Assembly (NCBI RefSeq): GCF_037042905.1
Contig: NC_087251.1
Coordinates: 6,202,001 to 6,266,000 of the forward strand
From: Lytechinus pictus
Lineage: Eukaryota
DNA length: 64,000 nucleotides
Reading direction: 5' to 3'
This document shows positions 48,301 to 61,165 of the stretch, piece after piece. The notes under the pieces are model-generated. The model did no database searches. It was given only the letters and a program-made list of their open reading frames with translations, and was not told the DNA's origin. Position numbers and translations under genes: made by a program. How positions within the stretch are numbered: position 1 is the first letter of the stretch; every line of letters starts with the position of its first letter.

Positions 48301-51300
48301 CAGATGTATGTATCTATCGTTAATACTATCTAGTCGCTTTGAAATGCAAAAAAAAAAGTTTCTATAGGTATTTTCTTCCTTGACAACAGATGGGTTGTGA
48401 TTTCTTACTCCTTTCCTTTGTTGTAACTGGATCAATTCAAATGCCATTTATGCACTGCTTCAGTAAAATGTTATGCCTCATTACTTTACTGCTGAGGGGT
48501 AAACAAATCTTGCATCATCTGTCGGAGTCTCAAAAAAGGAGTAGGCCTACAGTGTACTCCGGACAAAAAAATAATCATATCTAAATGTAAATAATGTAAA
48601 TTTCAAAAAGCAAAATGCTGGAATTTCGTTAAAATGTGATAACCAATGAAAAAAAGGTTTAGCAATATTTTGTTAAAACAATTATATGCACGCAGTTATG
48701 AATATGCAATACATGTAGGTAGGATGATGTCATGTCCCCACTTTCCCTTTTCTTTATTACCGTATATGAAATCATAATTTCATATTTTCATACATGTGTG
48801 TATGACATTTCTCCCTTTAAGTTGCAGCAATTAGTATTATGCACAATAAATCAGCAGTCAATCATTGTTATTTTATTCTTGGAGGACCAAATATGATATT
48901 TCACATAATATAATACAAAAGACTAAGTGGCACTTACTGATATGACATCATCAGCTTGCTCATTGCATATTTGTGAAGAAATACATACGTAGTGAACTGT
49001 TTCACCAAAATAATGAAATTCTTAAAAGGTACCCATTATTAGGGATTCATTACAGGGGCGGATCCAGGATTTCCACAAGCATTCTTTGTCAGATTTTGAT
49101 GAAATTTTCAGTGTTATGTTTATGTTATCTGTTCAAATCATATCACTTTCAGCCTTGAGTACCCATCACATTGGTTAGATAGAGGGTAGTGGCAGTACAC
49201 TACTGCAGTGTCACCTATGAACTTACGTGTGTAAGTGCACATAGACATACATGGAGTTAAATACTGCATAAAATCACACTCAATAATTTGTGAAACAGGG
49301 TTGTTTATTTCTTGGTGTTTTGAAGCCAATTTGGCTCATCATAAAATGAGTGCAGTAAAAATCAATGACCCAACAAACTAAAATAGTTGCCCCAGTTAAG
49401 TTCATGCTTACAAACCCTAATGCGGAAAAAAAAGTTAAATATGTGTAAGAGGCAAGGTAAAAAGTGAAAAACAAGTTTACTTTAAATAGTCCTTCATATT
49501 AGTTTGTGGTTAGGTCCTACATGAACGTATGAAATTCAATGTGTTTGTCTTACCACTGGCCGACTAGCTATTAGGTCATTTGTTACAGCACTTTAAGTTT
49601 CATAATATTCATTCAAAAAATGTATGTAAATTATTATTGAATTTCAAAAAAAATTTACATGCACTTTGTGGATGTATTATCAAGGAAAACTTCAAGCTTT
49701 CATGTATCTATATCATGATGCTCCAGTCATGAAAGTCATGCATGACCTGACAAACAGTCCCCTATGTATTCTGGGTGGAAAGTGGCAACAGTAGATCAAT
49801 GGGCCAATTAACAAAGTAAGGCCAATTGCTTTTTCTAGCAAATCATTAACAAGGGTCATATACCGGTAGATCTTCATTTTCATACAATAGTGACTGCCAT
49901 TGGAGAATCCAATCTTCCTTAGAATATAGATTTACATGTAGATCTCACCAAACAAAAACGATCCAGCTTCCTTGAATATCTCTCTCTCTTCCTTTCTGGA
50001 AATTCCTTTAATAATGGTTTATATTTCATGAAAGACATTTGATTTGTGGTGAAAATAAAGGTCCATGTTATGAAACTAAACAGCTGCTTTCAGACCCAAT
50101 TGGAAAGTTTAAATACCTCGTACTTTCTAATCAGGAAATGTACCACGATCAACAAATACCTCTTAGTTAATAAGTATTTTCAAATATTACATAAACTTTT
50201 CAAATTATTATTTATTTGATCAAATCTCACTACCTACAAGTCTACAACACAACTTATCTACCATCTATCCCATCCAGCTAGTACGCTGGGTGAAGGTACT
50301 TGGGAGCTATAGAAAGTAGATAGCCCCACTGACTGAACTTGCGATTTTGAAAGAGTGCGCGCGTCTCTTCTGCTCAGCTTTCAGGTGGTTATATAAATAT
50401 GGAAAAAATAATTATCGGTTGTTAATAGGGTCAAAATAAGTTCTCGCTAGTTTACAGGTGTGTGATGAAGGAGTGAGTCTGAAAGCACCTAATAAAGAGT
50501 TTTTCTTCAAACCCAACCCAAAATACAATCTACTTTGTTAAAGGAATCAGTCCTTACCTCTAGATTATCAATCATACACCTTGCTTTGTTGTCTCCCTTA
50601 GCTGCCTGTGTAACTACATCAGTTAGTTTGTGAAAGATGACTGAGAATGGCCCTTGATCACTCAGTGACTTCTGCAGGTCAAGCTGTATATGAATAAAAT
50701 CATTATTACTGATATGTCCCTTGAAATGCAATCATCCAAAATATATCCTGTGTATGTTTGAAGTGCATTCCAAAAGGGCCACTTCCATTGATGAGTGGAT
50801 ACCATGCGCGACCATGGGGTCTCGAAAAGCATCTTAACAAGTATTTTCCATATTCTGAAAGTGCACCCGTAACATAACAAGTATTGGCGTGTGAAACCCT
50901 ACCCTTAACAAGTATTGGAAACAAAATGATACCCTTGGCAAGTATTCCTTGAATTGAACCCCTAAACACGGACGTCGGTCGTCAGTTTTACCTTTACCTA
51001 CATGTACATCCCTATATCAATGGGTTTAGTATGGCCCCACCTCCCATACCTCGTGCAAATCGGACTCTATACACGTAGTGTTTACTATTGGGGCGAAAAG
51101 TAAATCCTTACAAAACATTTTAGTCTTATTTATACCCTCGCAAATTTGACCCTAAACATGTAGCTTTCCTAGAGAAATAGATTTTAAAAAATCATTATTT
51201 TAGTGTTTTTGACACCCTTATTTGTTACGTACATAATGTGGCCTATCTTAAAAAATACATCCTTTTTACACGTTTTTGGGGACTAGCAATAGAAGAGTTA

Positions 51301-53775
51301 TTAGCATTTGAATGTCGAGATCACTATGCTATGGAGATCCTCCCATTGGCAATGCGACCAAGATCTATGATGTCACAGATGAACAACTCTCACCTTTTGG
51401 ACGCTGAAAATATACCCCAAAACATCTCTTTTTGCTCATTCTAATCATATGACAAACGATTCATCAATGATATAATGTTGTGAAACCCCTGTACTTGTCT
51501 TCTCATAAAGAGAACACCTCACCTTGTGATAGACTCTATAAAAGTGAGAATATAAGTGAAATAAGTACTAAAGTAACGAGGGAGTTGTACGTGTGTGACA
51601 TCACAGATCTTGGTCGCATTGCCAATGGGAGGATCTACATGGCATTAGTGATCTCGATATTCAAATGCTCATAACTTTCTTATTATTCATTCAATCTTCC
51701 TCAAACTTTCAACAATATGTTTCTTTGATTTTTCTCTTTGATATGGATTCAGCTGGTTTCAAGGGTTTCATTCTCCTTTAAACGCAAGTCCAAAATGCAC
51801 GCTTTTGATTAGCTGATAATCAAGTTACGTACGATTTTAGAGTTTTGTTTGATTAACTGACCGTTTTCAGATCAAGTTTTTACAGGGTTTGGGGGGTATA
51901 CTGGATCACTTCAGGCCTCATCCACCAAAGGTAAAAAAAAATAATAAGGGACTGCAAACATTGGGACTTGTAAGTGGAAAGGGGGCAACTTTAAGATGGG
52001 AAGGGTACTGAATAAATAGATCTCTATTTTATCATATTGATTCAGTCATAAATGCAAAAGAGATGTAATCATATTCATATTTTTGTATTTAAATCATTCC
52101 CTTCAAATTTTAAGGAGATACTGCATTTTGTATGCTGTAACCTAATTCCATCACAATGTTATCAAACAAACTTACACAAGGTAACTTGTGTAGGTTGGAT
52201 AAGCCAAGATAATCTCCAAGAATTTTTCAGGTCATACTGTAGTATTTATTTTGGAATGGAAAAAACCCTGAATTTCCAGAAGTTATGCAAAGACAAGTTT
52301 TTTAAGCAGATTATTTCTTCCCCTAAAATCTACTGAATTACTTGCATTTGCTATTGATATGAAACTTCAAAATACTATCGACTTTATCTAACTGTACAAA
52401 AAAGAGAAAGAAGAATTATTTTACGGTTTTTTTTTTAAACATGCATATATGTAAATCAGCAAAATCACTAAGTGTTGCTGAATGTCAAATCCTACTCTGC
52501 TTTTACATACAGTAGAAACCTGACAAAGTTCATCTACTACACAAGTAATCAAGCAATCAATCAGACACACATTTTTATTGATAAATCTGTAGAATACAAT
52601 AAGACAATATTGTTTCTAATCTTGAAATTTAATCTATCTTTCTCAGAGATTTCAAAATTAGCCTAAGAGACGAAAGACTGAGAGAGAAAAATAAATCTTC
52701 TTACTTGAGAATATTACACATGGACAATTAAGGCCGTGTTTATGCTTCCACTTTTCAGACCAGAATCAGCGTTTCCAAACGTGATTAGTCCAAAACACGG
52801 TTGCGTCCATGCTTACTTTCATTTAAACGCTGTTTCAAAACGCCGATCGTAAACTCACAAAAAGGTGCGTTTGTAAGAGTTGTTTGACCAGAATCAGGCT
52901 TTCTGGGGAAGTATAAACAGAACCACGATCGTAAACGTGTTTAAATGACGTCATTTGGTACATGCTTCCGGTGAGATGAAAATCCGCGGGCAAATACAGT
53001 CGCATTGCTCCATGGTCGCATGTTACCTCCACGGAATTACCTCTCATCTCCCTTGTTTTGCATGTGTAACATAGTACTATTACTAGTATTACTCTTCCAA
53101 TTTGTCATCACGATGAACAATGAGGGATTTACACAAAAAAACCTGGAACATGAGTTATAATGAGGAGACATCGCCAAATGCCCAAGTAGCATAAACAAAT
53201 AGATATCTTATTATTTTGTATACTTAATATTCTTTTTTTTTCTTACTATTATCCTCACCATGTGGAAATTATATGGCTATATCAAGAAGCTCCATGCAAT
53301 GACTAAAATATCGGAAATTGTTCGATGTTTATATGACAGTCGACGTACCTTCCCCATAACAACACTCGGGGAAAAAAACTTTCGAAAAAGGGCGCGCCCT
53401 ATTTGACCTCGCTTTCCTGCTCAACGAAAATTACGATGCGAAGCCAGCTGGAGATCGTGATTTCGCCTCTGAAAAGTTAAGCATAAACAGCACACCCAGA
53501 ACCACGTTTACGATCGGCGTTTTGAATCGACGTTTGAAAACGCTGATTCTGTCCTTGCAATGGAAGCATAAACACACCCTAAATCCTTCACAAATATTGT
53601 TAGCTGGTAAGACCTATTCCACCATAAAGAAATATTCAAGAGTGAATATATTCTTAAAATAAATTTCTGGGAACAGTGAACAAAAATATGAATTAGAGTA
53701 TTAATATCCCAGTATGTACTTAAACAAAAAGCATTAAATATAATTCTTACCTCAACGAGCTCTGTTCCTCTTTGT
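33939..53775 (-). CDS. ITPK1: Inositol-tetrakisphosphate 1-kinase, 9 exons, 5' partial
   Basis: Exons 53751-53775, 50558-50683, 44249-44366, 43379-43483, 38266-38309, 36297-36456, 35769-35842, 34814-34982 and 33939-34255 all have GT/AG ends and consistent phases. Motifs QGPFSVIFHKLTD, VLDPL, CKP..AHG..SH.MSLIFN, PPCVAQTFINHNA, KRPSVKNF, FFDSHDVSK, IDVNAFPGY. Confidence 0.95.
34814..34982 (-). CDS. ITPK1: ITPK1 exon (LDETDADH...IDVNAFP)
   Basis: 169 nt, AG/GT ends, ATP-grasp metal-binding D-x-N motif. Confidence 0.92.
35769..35842 (-). CDS. ITPK1: ITPK1 exon (SDQSTIFFDSHDVSKFNSTSFLNE)
   Basis: 74 nt, ttctcag / gtatgt. Confidence 0.9.
36297..36456 (-). CDS. ITPK1: ITPK1 exon (MSLIFNEAGL...KRPSVKNFTIG)
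   Basis: 160 nt, AG / gtaagt. Confidence 0.93.
38266..38309 (-). CDS. ITPK1: ITPK1 exon (VCKPSQAHGSVISHK)
   Basis: 44 nt, tacag / gtaaga. Confidence 0.9.
38450..39422 (+). mobile_element. Helentron-type non-autonomous element with ~160-bp core repeats
   Basis: AACAAGTGG start, IR GTCTCACCTGCA / TGCAGGTGAGAC, repeated TGACCTTTGACC cores, (GCC/GTC)n tract, 3' hairpin. Confidence 0.8.
39425..41365. mobile_element. Degenerate TIR element interrupted by the 39756-40608 insertion
   Basis: AAAATGAG...ACTATG...CATGAAAGAGAAAAGT at the left end is inversely mirrored by ACTTTCCTCTTTCATATG...CATAGTTCATATTCTCATTTT at the right end; internal ~360-bp duplication. Confidence 0.5.
39756..40608 (+). mobile_element. 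Second copy of the Helentron-type family at 38450
   Basis: Same termini (AACAAGTGGAATGCCTCTGGC ... GCTATGCAGGCGAGACAAAAA) and the same core repeats. Confidence 0.8.
41573..42234 (+). mobile_element. GC-rich MITE with CCCGGG(G)n termini, carrying a templated insertion
   Basis: (G)GCTACATG duplicated on both flanks (8-9 bp); homologous to 47469-47982 in the opposite orientation. Confidence 0.8.
42103..42196 (-). pseudogene. 94-bp duplicate of an ITPK1 exon fragment plus splice acceptor (copy of 35791-35884)
   Basis: Identical sequence TTGAATTTGGATACATCATGAC...AAATAAATCAAAAGC at an offset of 6312 bp, same orientation. Confidence 0.9.
42674..42979. mobile_element. PIF/Harbinger-type MITE
   Basis: TAA TSD; TIR AGGCCACCGCACA / TGTGCGGTGGCCT. 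Confidence 0.82.
43379..43483 (-). CDS. ITPK1: ITPK1 exon (DIHRKVKVPNFVEI...VGFPL)
   Basis: 105 nt, ttcttag / gtaagg, phase 1-1. Confidence 0.88.
44249..44366 (-). CDS. ITPK1: ITPK1 exon (MYIKVNPDVVVLDPL...QSNP)
   Basis: 118 nt, tttcag / gtaagt. Confidence 0.92.
47469..47982 (-). mobile_element. GC-rich MITE, inverted copy of the 41573 family
   Basis: 8-bp TSD ATGTTAGC (47461-47468, 47983-47990); CCCGGGGGGGGCACTC / GAGTGCCCCCCCCCCGGG termini. Confidence 0.85.
50558..50683 (-). CDS. ITPK1: ITPK1 exon (LDLQKSLSDQGPFSVIFHKLTD...DNLE)
   Basis: 126 nt, atacag / gtaagg. Confidence 0.93.
51294..51781. mobile_element. Kolobok-like palindromic MITE, left end missing
   Basis: About 80-bp inverted arms (51295-51377 vs 51595-51677); right end ...TCATTCTCCT followed by TTAA. 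Confidence 0.55.
52732..53579. mobile_element. PIF/Harbinger-type non-autonomous element
   Basis: TAA TSD (52729-52731, 53580-53582); TIR GGCCGTGTTTATGCTTCCA / TGGAAGCATAAACACACCC. Confidence 0.87.
53751..53775 (-). CDS. ITPK1: ITPK1 25-nt microexon (R-QRGTELVE)
   Basis: cccttctcag / gtaaga; corresponds to the KRGMEVVQ segment of vertebrate ITPK1. Confidence 0.82.
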
Positions 53776-54088
53776 CTGAGAAGGGAAACAATGAAAAAAA
53801 AGGAATATTTACAAAAATATGATTTATAAAGATGACACAAAAATAAACAAAGGTTTAACCATGGATCATTCATAACAATCTTTTCAACTGATTATTTGAT
53901 CAAATCTCACTACCTACATGAAAACATTTATGAAAAACTTATGATAAAGAAATCTTAACAATGGCACAAACCAAGGATAAACAAAGAAATCCCTGAAAAC
54001 AGGGATTCTAATTTTCAGACTGGAGCCTCTACAATAAAACTATGGTAGAGTGCCCCAAATCTGCGCTATGAACCTTGTCTGCGCATAC

Positions 54089-57000
54089 GGGTCATTCCAC
54101 GGGGTTGGGGCAACAGCACTTTTTTGTGTTCCCTATGAATTGTTGGCTTTATCCTGAAAATGTGTTTGGCGTTTGGATGTTGCAATGTGGTTTTGTTGGA
54201 AGGCAGTTATGTAAGCAATTACTTGATGCAGAAATAAAAATGTTGAACCTCAAGTATTTTTGATGGTGAGACTTTAAATGATGATGTCCAGACTCTTTTT
54301 TGGGGTACCAAGTGTGACATCCAAAATGGTCATTTTCAGTTGAAGATATCTAATTAAAAGATAAACTTAGTCAAATTCAAATGGCCATGATTGATAAAGC
54401 AACATTTGTTTAATAACAAAACAGTAATGGGATAGCAAATGAAAAGAGGCTTCATATCATAAATCATTCCTACAACATCGCATACCACCGTTACATGCGA
54501 TGTCCGCGTTTATTTTTTTCTGTAACGGCGGTAAAGTGGTAAATAACTAAAATTCAGAAATCATTCTTTCCAAAGTTATGTGTCAGAAATAAAGGGCAGG
54601 CAGTAAGCAACTTTTCATCAAAAGATTAGCTTTGAAAACCAATGTTAATGTCATGTAAATTAATCGAGGGTCGCCGATGTTTTGGGCGATGTCCGGGCCA
54701 AATTTGTAACGGTGGATCACATTTCATCGCGTATGTAAAAAGGAGAGACCGGAGAAGAGACCGTCGTTGTATCAGACGGACGGGATGTTAGCCGAAATCC
54801 ACGTGCACATGAACGGCTATGATATCGGGTGTTTTGCAGCATTGCAATTGGGAATCTTCCTGCAATGTCCATGTAACGGTGGATTGGATCTCCACGATGT
54901 TTTCCCTTTCAAAGCGACGTAAGTACGGAGATTTATCCCGATACTCGTATTTTTAAATCAGTTAAACCTTATCTTAAAAATGTGAAACTATATTATCATG
55001 CAGAAAGTGTTTTTAAGTTTGAAAAATCTCGTTAATTTTCCATAATCTTTTACTACAGTCCCACATGTATCTTTTCGTGTAAGTGAAATATGTGATTGAG
55101 ACATCGCCGTGTTTGTTCCAGATTTGCTAAACGGCCCCAAAGAAATAATGTTTTTATTACTGTGATTCCGTGCAAACATGTTTTGAATGTTAGCTGACAT
55201 GATTCAATCGCAATTTAGTTGATTTTTTTAAACACCGAAATATGTTATTTAAATAGGCCAATGGGTATACTCAAAACTGCTCTATCACCGATGATCATGC
55301 TGACATCTCAGATTTGGTACAAAATCTCGTGGCTTTCTCGCCTTGTTTAAATTGGCTCCTACTGATTCTACGTAATATGGGTATCAAAGACCTGATGATC
55401 GAATTTGAATTTCCCCAAAAAATGAGAGTTTAGAACCAGTGGCAGCGCCACGGGGGAGGCAGGCCCCCCCCCCCCATTTTTTAAAATTTATTTTATTAAA
55501 AAAAAATTTTTTAATTTTTTTATTATTTTTTTTGCTTGTCAGCTGATCCCAATCCGAAAGAAGGGGGGTGGGGGGGGGGCTAAATAATTTTTCTGTTACT
55601 ACCCCCTACACATAGTACATGTGCTTTGTGTATGATGAAGCATGGTCATAATCCAATTACTAGTAATTCTTGGCTCTAGGCCTAACCTTCCCAAAACTTT
55701 TCATCTTGTTGAATGTTATACTTTTCAGCACATTCTTTTTTTCTCTCAATATTTTGTATTTTGATTTCTATATATTCAATTGTAAGGAGAGGGGGGGGGG
55801 TTCGTTTTATCAGAAAGCAAAAGCCTGTGTGATTGTTTTCAATGTGATTTTATTTTATTGCAATATAATGAGATTTTTAAAACATGTACAAGTGAACAAA
55901 AGAAAATGTCACACAATCAAGTTTGTTTCACAAGAGTTTATTTGCTGTATCAGAAGGTAAATTGCAGATTTGAATTCCATTAATTCATTTAATTCCAATA
56001 AAACATACATATATTATGTAATTGCTTGAACAATTAAACTTCAGCGATGAAAATTAAATAGGATGGTCATAAAAAACTAAATGGAATTGTCTAGATAACC
56101 ACCCTTGATTAGAATGCAGAATAAAATTAGATGAAATAAATCCATTGAGAAATGAAATTGAAGTACAGATAATTTATGAAAAGGTAATGGGCAAGTAATT
56201 GTATTGTGAAAACAAAGTAGAACACAACAACACAAATACAAAAACCTTCTATAAAACGTAACTTTATATTTAATTTATGAACTATGAAATGATGAATTCT
56301 ATTTGCTATGAAAAAAATACAAAGTGAAGGTTCCTGTGTATTTTGCAAGAACAGATCAGATTCATTGTCCCTAGTAATCCACCCCCTTTAATGAGAAAAT
56401 GTCAAGACATAAATAAGTAAATGATTTGATATAATATAAAAAATATTTGCTTATTGCTTAAAAAATATAGTCAAACTTCCAAATACTATTTTTCTCAACT
56501 ACAGGTAGCCTCTGTTCAAGGTGAAAATGTATATCTTCAGTACATGAAGTGTCAATCTGGTGACCTGTACTCCTGGCCTGATGGCGAGGCACAATTCTAC
56601 CTCCATCCACTTTGTGACATTGACAGAATCCTCTTCCAAACTTTCTTATTGGGTCACCAGTCTTCTTGAAGTTCATAAACTTGTAACCTGAATGCAGAGA
56701 GAAATATTGCATGTTAATTTTAATAGTCAGGTTTAGTGTACAGTGTAAAACATTTTTTGCATTTGCCAGTAAGAAGTTTACCAAAGAGTTCTTGCAGTTT
56801 TATTTTTGAACATTAGAATAGCTTAGTACATTTTACTTTCTCGCTTACAACTCTGTTAAAAAAAACAGAACTTGAGAAGATATAAAGGTGGTGAGTTTTT
56901 TTAATTAAATTTGTCCACTAAGTACTTTACAATTGTCCTTTTCGCATGTTGGAACTTAATGTTTTATCTAATGTATGTAAGTTCCAGTGATGACATGATT

Positions 57001-58806
57001 GTATTTTAATTAATGTCACTTCTACACTACCATTTTGAGGACATGATGTCCATGTAACTGAGGTAAAACAAATTAGAGTTAACAAATTGAACAAGTTTAT
57101 ATGTGTAAGGTATAAATGCGTTGTCCATGTCTATGCCAACTTTGTCTTGTTTTGTCTTGAAAAACCATAGCTTAGAAGAACTATTAAAACTATAACCTTT
57201 TCCCTACATATTTTTCACCTGAATATTGTATCAAAGGTATAAAAAAATGTTATAATTGTGTATGAATAAAAAAAACATTTTACCTGTTCATTGATATAAA
57301 TTACAGAAGCTTGCTTGTAGATGTTGTATTACTACACTTGAGTAAGATGAGTTAACTAAACTTGCATTAAGTGTGTTGATACTAGAAAAATATGTCAAAT
57401 ATTCAAGTAATGCTATTCAATATGACCATTACAAGGACATGATGTCCGTGTAACAGAGGTATCTACATTTGAAAGTAATATCTTGAAGGAGATATTTCAA
57501 AGTAATAAAAGATTTGGAGATCGTAAGATAGCACTGTTTCGTTTTTCCCCTTTAGACAGAAACATAAATGTTTCCAGAGACAGACGGAAGTGGAACCTTA
57601 AGGATTAGTATGATTTTAAATATAATGTCAATAATTTTGTACATTTTTCCTTGTTTAAACTCTAATTTAAAGTGCTTTTACTTGCAAAGAATTTGACATG
57701 CAAAATGTTTTTCTTCTAGTATAATCAATTGAACTTGTGCAAATATTCTAAGGCAGAGAGGGTAATTTGGTATGTAATGACCATTAATGGATCTTAACTT
57801 TAATACAATGCTTCAAATTATACCTCTGTTACAGAGACATGATGTCCATGTAACGGTGGTAACACCAAACAAAAATAGAAGGTTAGGCCAGAGAGAGTAG
57901 TTGAGTTTTTCCAAAGAGAATATTCCATTCTGTTGAGGCATGACTTCTCTCAACTATTTAGTTCTACATGCCATCATAAATTGAATTTTCTTGACTGGTG
58001 AGAAAAAAGAACGACACATAATTTGTCAATAATTTTGTACATTTTTCTTTGTTTAAACTCTAATTTAAATTTCTTTTATTTGCAAAGAATTTGACATGCA
58101 AAATGTTTTTTTTCTAATATAATCAATTGATCTTGTGCAAATAATTTAAGGCAGAAAGTGTTATTTGGTATGTGATGACCATTAATGGACCTTAACTTAC
58201 AATGCTTCAAATTATACCTCTGTTACAGAGACATGATGTCCATGTAACGGTGGTAACACCAAAAATAGAAGGTTAGGCCAGAAAGAGTAGTTGAGTTTTT
58301 CCAAAAAGAATATTCCATTCTGTTGAGGCATGACTTCTGTCAACTATTTAGTTCTACATGCCATCATAAATTGAATTTTCTTGACTGGTGAGAAAAAAGA
58401 ACGACACAGAACATGGCACTGGTATACACACAGAGCATCAAGTTCCATTTATTGATGCTAAATCTTTCAAAATATATATGCCATGTTGGAAAATATGGAA
58501 TAAAGTGACTAAAAATGTTGTTAGCAAAATATTAATTAAGAGGAATTGAGATCAACCCTTTTATTTTGACAGTGGGAGAGTATAGTCTAAGTAAGGATGA
58601 TAAATGATGTCCGTGTAACGGTGGTATTTTGTCAAATCTTGTTTCGCAATTTACTCAAATATGCAGGGTGGTATGAAATGCCTGTAAGTGGATTTAGTTG
58701 AAGAATTGTCCCATGAAACATATAAGAAAAAAAACTTTTCATTTATTACATTTCTATTTTTTGACCCTGATGTCACAATTTTTGCCCCAACCCCATGGAA
58801 TGACCC
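54089..58806. mobile_element. Sola2-like DNA transposon, 4.7 kb, non-autonomous
   Basis: 25-bp TIR GGGTCATTCCACGGGGTTGGGGCAA / TTGCCCCAACCCCATGGAATGACCC, 4-bp TSD ATAC, dispersed TGTCCATGTAACGG motifs, internal ~395-bp duplication at about 57625-58410. Confidence 0.8.
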
Positions 58807-60451
58807 ATACGCGCATCTATCAAAATTTAAAAGAAGATACGCAATGACCAAAAACTTTTCACCTGCATACATCACCGTGAGATTCACAATATTTATCGGC
58901 AAATGTAAGCATTTTTTATCTAGCACTGCTCATGATTTTGCCGCCCTCTATACGCGTCTCGTAGCTAGGCTGCAAAAACAAAGAAGACAAGATGGCGACA
59001 ATAACATCTGTGAGTGAATGCTCTCCTTCTTACAATCTTCTTGTAAAATGCAACATAAATGCATAATTTAAAAAGGCACAATTTAGTGCCTAAAGAGGGG
59101 AAATAAAGTTGTAGCCCAGAATATTTTAGGGCTACAAAAGTTAAAGATTTGATAGTTTTTTTAGGTAGAGTCTAACCGTGGGAAAAACGACAGTGTGTGT
59201 AAGTGAATGCAGTGGAATCCCTGGCTCCGTGGAGATTAAGCACGTAGTGATTGATTTAATCTCTAGCCTCACTCCACTCGCGCACAGAAAAAACCAAGCC
59301 AAAGAAGTCGTGTGTTGTGGACGCCAGAAGTGGCGTCTCAGCATGCGCAACCCACTAGTTAGAAATTCACTGCCAAATGCGGTTCTTTGTGCGAGGTTAG
59401 TATACTAATACTAACCGCGCACTAGTGTTGAGTGCTCTGGCCTAGGAGCCTCCTGCCTAGCCAGGAGGCTCGTACAGAGTAATTCATATAGTATGAAGGC
59501 TTATCTCCACGGAGCCAAGGACAGCATGCCATTGCAGTACATGCACCGTCCAGTCAGTAGGCAGATCCTCAAAAAGTAGCTTCTTTCATTATCCAAGTGA
59601 TATTCATGACTAGAGAGGTTCATAAGCATATTTAATGAGCTGGGTGCGAACCACAACACCTCTTTTTATTCAGTCATTGCTGCTCTAAATTTATATTAAA
59701 AATTTGATGATTCTGGTATCATTGTAAAGAAGAAGAATCATTCTCTCAGGTCATCGTTATTATAATTTGGCTAATCTTGAGTGTCCTTCCGTTTGACATT
59801 TGTTTGACGGTGCTTTTCTCTGAGGTTTTCCACTCAATCGAGCTGAATTTTTTTCTAAACATGGTTAAATTATTCGCAGATTGTCATGAGAGGGGTTGTT
59901 TGTGGTATTTTGGTCGCATTATTTAAATTTTTGTAACAATTCTTAACTTTTTTGCATTCCTTTTCGCAGCCCTGAATGCTGGTCATAAGTGGTAAGAAAT
60001 TTTTTATGTTATAGGCAGTGTATACAGCCACATGCATGCGGCCACACACGTGTGGTTATATCCAATACTAGGCCCTGCTGAGGATACCGCTACACGCATC
60101 CCTTGCACTCTATGCAGCGGCAGTAATTGCAAGCGCGTAACACAAGCGATGTGTATTTCTTGCGACGGTACATGTCGCAAAACTTCATCAAAAAGGTTTT
60201 ATCTCTCGATTTCTTTGACATACAAACAACATTCTCACTTCACTGTCACCTGCTTGCCAATCAGGTGAGAATGAAGTGAGAATATTTTTTGTAGGCCTAG
60301 AATCTACATGTATGTCAATATCAGTGAAATCGGGAGATAAAGCCTTCATGATGAATGAGAAGGTTACCTTCTCTTGATAATTAGGTCAATCCAATGACCT
60401 ACCTACCCAGTTTCATTAACACATCGTACATTTAATCCTATATTTCAACAG

Positions 60452-61165
60452 ATTTGGCTACCATCAGCAATACCCTCTGGAGTTCCTCAATACCATATCT
60501 ACAGGGATGCCACCGCACTTTCTTTGTCTAAAAAAAAAGGGTATCCAATCATGCTTATGAGAAATCTTGATCCTGCAAATGGCCACTGTAATGGAACAGG
60601 ATATCTGATCAACAGCATGTATGACCATGTGATTGAAGCAACTGTTGCTATGGGTGTCCATACAGGGAAGCAGATTTTCATTCCTAGAATTCCCATCTTG
60701 CCTTCAGACACAACTCGATTTCATTCCAGATGCAGAGAAGCCAATTTCCAATCAAGCCATGTTTTGCCATGACAGCAAACAAATCAAAAGGACAAACTCT
60801 ATTTAATAATAATAATATAGGGTATTTATATTGCGCACATATCCACCTTGTTAGGTGCTCAAGGCGCTCCTATATTACCCGTTCACAGCGCACACAGCTT
60901 CTTGAGGAAATTACACCATGGCTGGGATTCGAACCCACGACCCTCTGTTTCAAAGTCTGGAGACTACCGGTAATCCACTGGGCCACAACGCTCCAGAGTT
61001 GGGTTGTACCTCTCAAAAGATTTCTTCTCCCATGGCCAACTCTATGTTGCAATGAGTCGGGTTGGAGACAAAAGAAACATCAGAATACTAACACGAAATG
61101 GCCAGTTCCCTGAAAAAGATGGTGTTTACACTGATAATGTAGTGTTCCATGAAATTCTTTCATAG
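60452..61165 (+). pseudogene. Helitron RepHel PIF1-like helicase C-terminal remnant
   Basis: YPLEFLNT..GMPPH, PIMLMRNLDPANGHCNGT, IFIPRI, QFPIKPCFAMTANKSKGQTL, RVGLYL..DFFSHGQLYVAMSRV, YTDNVVFHEIL; frameshifts plus a SINE insertion. Confidence 0.88.
60802..60994 (-). mobile_element. tRNA-derived SINE inserted in the helicase remnant
   Basis: Minus strand GGAGCGTTGTGGCCCAGTGG...GGGTTCGAATCCC head, GAGCGCCTTGAG...GCGCAATATAAATA 3' region and a (TAT)n tail. Confidence 0.85.

Noticed and set aside
50212..53918. 27-bp direct repeat TTATTTGATCAAATCTCACTACCTACA at 50212 and 53892
   Set aside because: A real match, but too short and without termini or other structure to support an element call.
56458..56784. 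108-aa minus-strand ORF as the first ITPK1 exon
   Set aside because: No resemblance to the expected RVGYW..KK N-terminus, and it lies inside a TIR element; the first exon was not found in the window.
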